Source of the DNA: an uncultured bacterium
Lineage (GTDB): Bacteria; Margulisbacteria; WOR-1; CAVSGV01
DNA: 32,000 nucleotides
Direction of reading: 5' to 3'
Assembly (NCBI GenBank): GCA_963699255.1
Contig: OY969425.1
Coordinates: forward strand, 390,001-422,000
Part shown: positions 26,246 through 32,000 of the stretch, piece by piece
Position numbering within the stretch: the first letter of the stretch is position 1
Layout of the letters: every line of letters begins with the position of its first letter
Made by a program: the position numbers and the translations under genes
Notes under the pieces: generated by a model
Seen by the model: the letters and a program-made list of their open reading frames with translations, nothing else
What the model was told of the DNA's origin: nothing
Database searches by the model: none

Positions 26246-26332
26246 TAAGGAACCTGAGAGTAAAACTCTCGGTTCCTTATAAATAATATTTCCTGATAAG
26301 AAAGGAACCGCGACTTTCAGTCGCAGGTTCCT
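26246..26332. repeat. Inverted pair of bulged hairpin repeat units (REP/BIME-like), copies C and D, in a divergent intergenic region
   Basis: Copy C, + strand, 26246-26279: TAAGGAACC-T-GAGAG-taaaa-CTCTC-GGTTCCTTA. Copy D, read on the - strand, 26332-26303: AGGAACC-T-GCGAC-tgaaa-GTCGC-GGTTCCT. The core of copy D is nearly identical to copy B at 9722-9755. Confidence 0.75.
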
Positions 26333-26361
26333 GGTAGACTGAATAATTGCTAATTCACGCC

Positions 26362-26391
26362 TTGACGGCTTTATCATTGTTCGGATAAAAT
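26362..26391 (+). promoter_or_regulatory. Candidate sigma70-type promoter for the + strand methyltransferase gene
   Basis: TTGACG (26362-26367), 18-nt spacer, TAAAAT (26386-26391). GGAGGG Shine-Dalgarno at 26400-26405, 3 nt before the ATG at 26409. Confidence 0.4.
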
Positions 26392-26408
26392 GATTTAATG
26401 GAGGGAAA

Positions 26409-27677
26409 ATGAGACCGGAAGTTATCACATCGTTATTCTGTCCATCGTGCGGCGCGGGACTGGATGTTTCCTATGTGCCCGATCTTGTATCCGCGCGGGA
26501 AGGCCGGGAGGTTATGTTCGGCGTTGCCGCATGCAAGTGCCGCGAATATCCTATTGTAAGCGGGATACTGATATACAAGGACATGAAGCCGTCCAGGGCC
26601 GCTATTGATGCAATAAAAAAGGCTGGAACGGACCGTGATCTTGAGAAGACTGTCATGTTGTTCATGGGTGAAAGATTCGTCAACTTCGCGCTTAACCTGG
26701 AATCATTTTTCCATAAGTTGTTCGGTAAAAGATCCGGCATGAGCTTCTGGAAGCTAGCCACCTTCATAGAGAACAGCCCATTCGCGACTTACGCAAAGTA
26801 CCGTTTTTCCTGCCCAAGCCTGATATCTGCGATGCCTTTCTTCCCGCTAATAAAGGAAGCTCTGCCCGGCGGCGGAAGGATCCTTGACCTTGGATCGGGA
26901 ATGGGGCATCTATCGTATCTCATTTCCGGGCATTTTGGATCAAAGGACCTGTTTTGCGTCGATATAAGTTTTCGGGGGCTTTATTTTACAAAAAGGTTCA
27001 TGGCGGGGAAGGAGGCAAGCTGCATTCTTCTGGATGCAAAAGAGAAGCTTCCTTTTACCGACAGTTCCTTTAAGGTCATAGTTTCAATGGATGCGCTTCA
27101 ATATATCGAGGAAAAGGAGCTGTGCGCCAAAGAACTTGACAGGGTGATGATGAAGGACGGGCTCATGCTTTTCGTGCATATCCACAACAAGCTGGTCCCG
27201 GGCATAGCGGCGGGCAGGCCTCTAACACCAGATGGTTACCGCGCGCTGTTCCCTGCTGATTACACTTTTCGCTTTTTCACGGAGGTCGGATTGATGCGCA
27301 ATATGTTCTCCGGAAGAGGAGTGGACGTGCAGGCCAGCAACCCTATGGATAAGGTCAACGCTTCGGAAGCCATAGCGTTCGTCGGATCGCGGGATGGAAG
27401 ATATTTCAAGAAATACGGGAGTTATTTTGATCTTCCCCGTGAATTCGGGAAGTATATCCTTAATCCTTTGTACAGAAAACGAAGGGGAAAATATGTCCGT
27501 GTTTTCCCTGCCGAGCGTTATGAGGAAGAATACTCTTTGATCAAGGACTTCTTTCCGTCATCGGTCGATCCTCTTCTTCCGGAAGAGGACTTGAAGAGAA
27601 AGCTAGTGTTGATACCGGTGCCTGAAAACTACATGAAAGATAATGAGCAGCTTAATTATATCCGGCTCTGGAGATAA
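26409..27677 (+). CDS. SAM-dependent methyltransferase with an N-terminal Trm112-like zinc ribbon and a long C-terminal extension
   Basis: 422 aa. CPSCG...(x30)...CKCREYPIVSGILIY (CxxC...CxC zinc-ribbon/Trm112-like). Motif I ILDLGSGMGHL, then FKVIVSMDALQYI. The only + strand gene in the glycan array. Confidence 0.8.
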   Translation: MRPEVITSLFCPSCGAGLDVSYVPDLVSAREGREVMFGVAACKCREYPIVSGILIYKDMKPSRAAIDAIKKAGTDRDLEKTVMLFMGERFVNFALNLESFFHKLFGKRSGMSFWKLATFIENSPFATYAKYRFSCPSLISAMPFFPLIKEALPGGGRILDLGSGMGHLSYLISGHFGSKDLFCVDISFRGLYFTKRFMAGKEASCILLDAKEKLPFTDSSFKVIVSMDALQYIEEKELCAKELDRVMMKDGLMLFVHIHNKLVPGIAAGRPLTPDGYRALFPADYTFRFFTEVGLMRNMFSGRGVDVQASNPMDKVNASEAIAFVGSRDGRYFKKYGSYFDLPREFGKYILNPLYRKRRGKYVRVFPAERYEEEYSLIKDFFPSSVDPLLPEEDLKRKLVLIPVPENYMKDNEQLNYIRLWR

Positions 27678-28792
27678 GAATCAATAAGGTTCGCGATTAT
27701 TTTTGATGCTCCCGGCTTGCCCATTCTTTCCATTCCCGCAGCGGCCATTCTCTTCATCTTCTTTTTGTTCCGCAAAAGGGACAATGCTTCGCCGGCGATA
27801 ACGCTGGAGCTTCTTGGCAGAAGCATTAAAGCCTCTCCGAGAAGTTCTTTCTGGGCTGACGCGAATTTGCGGTTATACTGCGCGCCTCTTCCCGGGAAAG
27901 AAATAACGGGCCTGCCAAGGCCGGCGGCCTGCTCATTCCCGGTCCCGGAGAGCCCGATGATTATGCTTGATGCTGAAAGCACACTCCGAAAGTTATTGAC
28001 CAGTTTTATCTTAACAGGCGCTTTTATCTTTGATATTTGTCCCATATCCAGGGTTTCCGGCACTGACAGCGCGAATTTGACCTTCTTGTCTATATTGTGG
28101 ATCTGCCCGGCGATCCTATAAAAACCCTCTATGTTCTTATAAGCGTCTTCCCTGGTACCAGGCAGAAATCCTATGACACTTTTTCCGCCTTTTCTCGCAC
28201 CTCGCATCTCACGCTTGCCCCGACCTAAGTGTCGGGGTCTCGCGTCTCTTTTTATTAGATCCATCATAGGATTACCGGCATACGTTGTTCTGATCCCGGA
28301 TCGTTGCAGGACATCAGCGGTCTTCTTATCCCTTGCGAAGACCAGCATGCTGTATTTTTTGAGAAGATGCTTTTCAAGCCATGTGTAATTGAAGGCCAGT
28401 TTCTTGTAGTGTTCGGACTTGTTGACGCCTACGAAAACAAATTTGCATCCGGAAATTATCGAATAGACGATGGGGACTATATCGCCGATGCCGATAACAA
28501 GAGCATATTCCCATTTGTTCTTATTAAGTGCCCGGATCTGCGCGGTTATCTTGCCTATAATGCCCGAGAAGAGGTCTTTCATAAGATATGAGAAATTCCT
28601 CAGCCCGAACCCACCGCCGGGCAGGGTATTTTTGGGGCCTATCAAATTTACGCCAAGGCTCTTGAAAGCATCTCCCTTGCCAATAACGGGCATAACATCG
28701 ATCAGGTTTTTTTTCAGTCTCAGATCCCGGATTATCCTGGCTGCGACAATGTCCTCGCCGTGTCCGTTCGTGATGAAAAGAATTTTTTTCAT
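27656..28792 (-). CDS. LpxB-related GT-B protein (lipid-A-disaccharide synthase-related family)
   Basis: 378 aa. 'ILFITNGHGEDIVAARIIRDL' parallels LpxB 'GEASGDxLGAxLIRAL'. 'VIGFLPGTREDAYKN' parallels LpxB 'LLPGSRxxEV'. 'SGTGNEQAAGLGRPVISF' parallels 'SGTATLEAALxxxPMVV'. From memory, the NGHGED start matches proteins annotated as LpxB-related in cyanobacteria. Not searched. Confidence 0.65.
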   Translation of the reverse strand: MKKILFITNGHGEDIVAARIIRDLRLKKNLIDVMPVIGKGDAFKSLGVNLIGPKNTLPGGGFGLRNFSYLMKDLFSGIIGKITAQIRALNKNKWEYALVIGIGDIVPIVYSIISGCKFVFVGVNKSEHYKKLAFNYTWLEKHLLKKYSMLVFARDKKTADVLQRSGIRTTYAGNPMMDLIKRDARPRHLGRGKREMRGARKGGKSVIGFLPGTREDAYKNIEGFYRIAGQIHNIDKKVKFALSVPETLDMGQISKIKAPVKIKLVNNFRSVLSASSIIIGLSGTGNEQAAGLGRPVISFPGRGAQYNRKFASAQKELLGEALMLLPRSSSVIAGEALSLLRNKKKMKRMAAAGMERMGKPGASKIIANLIDSYLQSRI

Positions 28793-29793
28793 TGCAACAT
28801 TCCTTTTATCGTTTCAACGATCTTAAGGGTAGGGGAGCCGGTAAGTCCCACGCCGGCTGATGCCATCAGCTCCTCTTTCCTGCTTTGTTCCAGAATGGCC
28901 GGGTTGCGCGTTAACTCTTCAATAGCTCCGGACAGCATTCCGGCGCTATCAAAGAAATACGCGCCAAAGGCTTTTGCCCCGTTTGGGATCGGGGATCTGG
29001 CGTTGAACCGCGCGGAAAGTATTTCATTCATTTTTGGATTGGGGCCTTTAATGAATATTACCGGCACATTAAAATACATGGCTATCAATTCGATCGTTCC
29101 CGGCTGGTTCGAGACCAATATATCCGATCTTCTTACCGCATCAATGCATTTTTTAATGTGGTCATTGTCAAAACTGTTCGACAAAATAATGTTGTTCCCG
29201 TATTCCTTCCTGTTCTTGTGCGTGGTTAAAAGTTTGACAAGGATATTTATATCTTTGATCGAACGCAGGTTCTCCATTATTTCTGCATTGCTCGGATCGT
29301 TGTATGCGTGATCTCCGATGGAATGCGCCGGCGCAAAAAGGATATTCACACCTTTGTGACGGATCCTTTCATTTTTGAGACCGTCAAAAAAAGGGCAGCC
29401 TGTCAAGACTACTCTTTCAGGGGGAAAACCTCCCTGTATCATCCTTTCATGATCTCGCGTACCCCAGACGCAGATCTTGTCCGCCAGCATCTTAAAGCTG
29501 ATAGGCCGCAAATAATCCTGGATCGCTCCTCTGCCGTGTTGAACTACTACTATGGGGATGGCTCTTTCTTTTGCCTCTGATGCGAATCTCAGGCCGTTCC
29601 CGACCACATCCTGGAAAAGAACGGCGACTCGGGCTTTTTTCAGGCTTGTAGTAAGGAAGTACGGCTTGATCCTGTCCATCACGCCGCCCCTGTTAGTTAA
29701 GAATATCCTCGGGTTGCTGAAGGCATCAGGCCTTTTATTGATAAAAGGGATTGTTTCAAGCATCGGTCGCGGGTTTAGATCCTTTATGGCCAA
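28789..29793 (-). CDS. GT-B-fold protein of unknown function (UDP-GlcNAc 2-epimerase-like or glycosyltransferase-like layout)
   Basis: 334 aa. Weak resemblance in layout to epimerase_2/GT-B proteins: RIFLTNRGG...IPIVVVQHG...ERVVLTGCPFFDGL...ILFAPAHS...SDILVSNQPGTIELIAMYFNVPVIF. A start at M11 (29763) would cut the overlap with the GH57 gene from 38 to 8 nt. Confidence 0.45.
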   Translation of the reverse strand: MAIKDLNPRPMLETIPFINKRPDAFSNPRIFLTNRGGVMDRIKPYFLTTSLKKARVAVLFQDVVGNGLRFASEAKERAIPIVVVQHGRGAIQDYLRPISFKMLADKICVWGTRDHERMIQGGFPPERVVLTGCPFFDGLKNERIRHKGVNILFAPAHSIGDHAYNDPSNAEIMENLRSIKDINILVKLLTTHKNRKEYGNNIILSNSFDNDHIKKCIDAVRRSDILVSNQPGTIELIAMYFNVPVIFIKGPNPKMNEILSARFNARSPIPNGAKAFGAYFFDSAGMLSGAIEELTRNPAILEQSRKEELMASAGVGLTGSPTLKIVETIKGMLQ

Positions 29794-31726
29794 TATAGCT
29801 TACAACGAACTTTGAATGTCCCCTCCAGAGCTGTTTTGTCGTGTCGTCGGTTTCGCAGAGCGAATTGTAGATCCTGAAATAATACGAGCTTTTTGTCTCC
29901 TCATAATGGAGCAGCTGCGCGGAGTAGAGCTTTGATTTGTCGGTAACCAGCGTAATACCCTTGTCCTTGTCGGAAATATCCACCCAACCCCCGGTGGCTC
30001 CGAGGCAGTGGCTTGAGGATACCCTTGGATCGTCGGTCTGGGTCTCATTGATCTTTATCCCTTTAACGAAATAGGTTTCAATGTCATAGCCCCCGTTAAC
30101 GGTGGAATATCTCAGCGTCTCCTTTTCAAAAGCCTCAGGGTTCAAGGTCAGCATGCCGCACCTGAAAAAGTAGGGGAGAAGGTCGCGGAACCTGAAATCG
30201 TATTCTATGTCAACCCTCGGTTCGTTCACGTGAACGTAAATTGTCTTCCAGAGGTCGCCTCCGGCGATCGGTATCTTGCATGTGACAGGTACCCTACCGG
30301 CATGTTTGGAAAGATCTTCAGGCAATATCAGCTGTGTCTGTTCCAGGTCCGTCGATTTCTTGTTCCCGTCTTCCTGTATGATCGTGTGCCCGGTGTACTG
30401 GTCGGTAGAGAAGCTTATCTGGTCGTAATAATCATGCGGGATGGTGCCGGCCATATGTGTATCATGTATCTTCGGGAATGTGAGTTTCTTTATGGCGCCG
30501 CCCCGCCTGCTCATGAGCTCGATCCTGACATGCGGGGTGATGATCGTTTCGCCTTCGATTTTGACGCCGCCTTTTGAAGCCCTGATCACCGCGGGAGCGG
30601 TCTTGTCGAACTTCGCAGTGATGTTATCCAGATACCCGAGCTTATTCCGGAGCTCCGTATATTTTTCATCCGTGGTGAACGTCCTGAAGTCGCTAGCAAA
30701 AAGATAGCATAGCTTATCCCACATCTCCCTGGTGGCCTTTTTACCCGCATTTGATAGCCTTTCATACAGTTTGAAGCACTGGGTGTTCACTCTGGTGTTA
30801 TCCCTGCCGCAGACAGCCCATCTTGTCACGTTATATTTCGCCTGTTTTTTCACGACAACGGGATACTGGGGAAAGCCGACCTCGACCTCTTTTTTGGGAG
30901 GTATCTTTTTGATGGCCGTTGAAGGCGTTACAACTTCGATACCTTTGGTCTTTTCGAGCCCGGCGAAAAGATCTTCTAGTCTCTTGAGGTCGCCCTGATA
31001 GTCGAACGGCTTGTATAAAAAGTCGGAGCTTCCGGGAGAATAATTGAATATCTCCCAGTCGGACCCGTATAGCGGAAAAGCTCTGTCTTGAGCATTTGAT
31101 CTTTGAGCGTTAAGATATTCAATGTAATCATCAAGAGTGATTTCGTTCTTTATGTAGCGTTGGAACTTCTGGAAGGCTATCGAGCTGTTCCAGATTAGAC
31201 GGATCTTCTGGTCGTCGGTGCCTTTGAGAAGGAGAGGGGAGTATTTGAATTCCGCGGGAAAGTTGCCGAACTCCTGTGAGTTATCCCAGTCAAGCACAGT
31301 GGCCCCGTATCCGCCTTTTTTGATTACTTTTACAAGGCCTTTTGAGTAAACCTGTTCGTTGAGATAGAAGATTTCCGGGATGAAACCGAGTATCTTTTTA
31401 TAAACGCGGTTGCCCATCTCGATGTTATGCTGATTCACCTCCGCCGGTATCAGCGGCATGATGTTCTGCGAATAGCCGGAGCCGATAACCTCGCATTTTC
31501 CTTGAGCGCATCTGGATTTGAGTCCCGTGATGAAGCCTTTGTCCAGCGATGCTATCTTTTCCATGGTGTAAGCGGGGAATTCCAGGCCGAGGGCGACATC
31601 ATATTTGTCCAGCATTTTAAGGACGGGCCAGTAGCATTTCTCGATCATCGCCGGGTACTGGAATTCCGGGATGCTTGAGAATTGCAGGTTGGCGTGAAAG
31701 AACGTATATAAATAAAGTTTGCTCAT
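29756..31726 (-). CDS. Glycoside hydrolase family 57-like enzyme (alpha-glucan-active family; 4-alpha-glucanotransferase-like size)
   Basis: 656 aa. Matches, as I recall them, to GH57 conserved regions: FFHANLQ (region I-like), GKCEVIGSGYSQNIMPLIP (II), FYLNEQVYSKGLVKVIKKGGYGATVLDWD (III, candidate nucleophile Glu), LYGSDWEIFN (IV, candidate acid/base Asp). The C-terminal half is beta-rich. Confidence 0.6.
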   Translation of the reverse strand: MSKLYLYTFFHANLQFSSIPEFQYPAMIEKCYWPVLKMLDKYDVALGLEFPAYTMEKIASLDKGFITGLKSRCAQGKCEVIGSGYSQNIMPLIPAEVNQHNIEMGNRVYKKILGFIPEIFYLNEQVYSKGLVKVIKKGGYGATVLDWDNSQEFGNFPAEFKYSPLLLKGTDDQKIRLIWNSSIAFQKFQRYIKNEITLDDYIEYLNAQRSNAQDRAFPLYGSDWEIFNYSPGSSDFLYKPFDYQGDLKRLEDLFAGLEKTKGIEVVTPSTAIKKIPPKKEVEVGFPQYPVVVKKQAKYNVTRWAVCGRDNTRVNTQCFKLYERLSNAGKKATREMWDKLCYLFASDFRTFTTDEKYTELRNKLGYLDNITAKFDKTAPAVIRASKGGVKIEGETIITPHVRIELMSRRGGAIKKLTFPKIHDTHMAGTIPHDYYDQISFSTDQYTGHTIIQEDGNKKSTDLEQTQLILPEDLSKHAGRVPVTCKIPIAGGDLWKTIYVHVNEPRVDIEYDFRFRDLLPYFFRCGMLTLNPEAFEKETLRYSTVNGGYDIETYFVKGIKINETQTDDPRVSSSHCLGATGGWVDISDKDKGITLVTDKSKLYSAQLLHYEETKSSYYFRIYNSLCETDDTTKQLWRGHSKFVVSYIGHKGSKPATDA

Positions 31727-31761
31727 TCAGTATATTCTATAATTATTCGATTCCGTTGTCG

Positions 31762-32000
31762 CTATGCAATCCGTTTTTTTATCCACGCGTGATCCGGGTC
31801 GTCAAAAGGGGACAGCTTCCTTTTGTCGCCCGCCAGGATCCACAGGTAATAAAGGCTGTATCCGGGCGCCGCGACGACGGGATGGTATCCTTTCGGGATC
31901 ATTATTATGTCATCGTTCCTGATAGTGAACGTTCTATCGAAGCCTTTCCCGTATATCCTCTGAAGACCGAAACCCTGCGGCGGAGAAATGCGGAAATAAT
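31762..32000 (-). CDS. 5-deoxy-glucuronate isomerase (IolB)-like cupin, C-terminal fragment; 5' end lies outside the window
   Basis: My translation of the reverse strand gives YFRISPPQGFGLQRIYGKGFDRTFTIRNDDIIMIPKGYHPVVAAPGYSLYYLWILAGDKRKLSPFDDPDHAWIKKRIA*, with the stop at 31762-31764. 'PKGYHPVxAAPGYxLYYLWxxAG' is the IolB-type C-terminal cupin motif. KduI-like is a less likely alternative. Confidence 0.6.
   Translation of the reverse strand, partial: YFRISPPQGFGLQRIYGKGFDRTFTIRNDDIIMIPKGYHPVVAAPGYSLYYLWILAGDKRKLSPFDDPDHAWIKKRIA

Noticed and set aside
26326-26340. 'CCTGGTAGACT', which resembles the ops/JUMPstart core (GGCGGTAG) found upstream of polysaccharide operons.
   Set aside because: Only GGTAG matches. 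The site lies upstream of the candidate + strand promoter, so it would not be in that transcript, and it is in the wrong orientation for the - strand operon.
26159-26428. An 89-aa - strand ORF that spans the whole divergent intergenic region.
   Set aside because: It overlaps the starts of both flanking genes, reads straight through both hairpin repeats, and has no RBS or recognisable motif. It is most likely a chance ORF.
28196-28260. A GC-rich local hairpin (CCCCGAC-ctaagt-GTCGGGG) that encodes a very basic stretch (RPRHLGRGKREMRGARKGGKS) inside the LpxB-related gene. It looked like an inserted element.
   Set aside because: The stretch lies in the linker between the 'GNPMMD' and 'LPGTR' motifs. 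True LpxB has a linker of similar length there, so no insertion needs to be invoked. The reading frame is intact, and the hairpin does not resemble the GGAACC repeat family.
1-32000. A search for CRISPR arrays, tRNA/rRNA genes, integrases, transposases, toxin-antitoxin pairs and nuclease/helicase-type defence genes.
   Set aside because: None was found by eye. Every ORF longer than 150 aa is accounted for by transport, envelope, redox or glycan-biosynthesis families or by hypothetical membrane proteins. I therefore do not claim a defence or mobile system in this window.

Overview
The window looks like chromosomal DNA from a diderm (Gram-negative-type) bacterium. It is densely coding, and I found no rRNA, tRNA, CRISPR array, transposase or integrase. 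Left part, + strand (1-7026): two adaptor-linked ABC efflux operons. The first is YbhGFSR-like: an HlyD tail, two separate ATPase genes and two ABC-2 permeases. The second is MacAB-like: an adaptor, an ATPase and an FtsX-type permease. Middle, - strand (7048-9661): trxB, an OstA/LptA-like ORF, a short LptC-like ORF that overlaps it in another frame, and a membrane-anchored TPR protein. The rest (9781-31726) is a roughly 22 kb array of 19 genes for cell-surface glycan or glycolipid assembly, almost gap-free and with 18 genes on the - strand. It holds five GT2 domains, four GT4 domains, one ArnT/PMT-like GT-C enzyme, a second uncharacterised polytopic membrane protein, two DegT-family aminotransferases, one extended SDR, two SAM methyltransferases, an LpxB-related GT-B protein, an epimerase-like GT-B protein and a GH57-like enzyme. 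A partial IolB-like cupin gene lies at the right edge. I see no defence-type or mobile system. The points most worth following up are: (i) the glycan array lacks any recognisable initiating transferase, flippase, polymerase or exporter, yet contains an Arn-like amino-pentose logic and polyprenyl-phosphate/GT-C logic; (ii) a family of four bulged hairpin repeats sits as two inverted pairs in the only sizeable intergenic gaps; (iii) the split ABC ATPase pair has motif degeneracy that co-varies into one composite ATP site; (iv) the LptC/LptA region looks frame-disrupted or fused. All functional calls come from motif recognition by eye. No database search was run.
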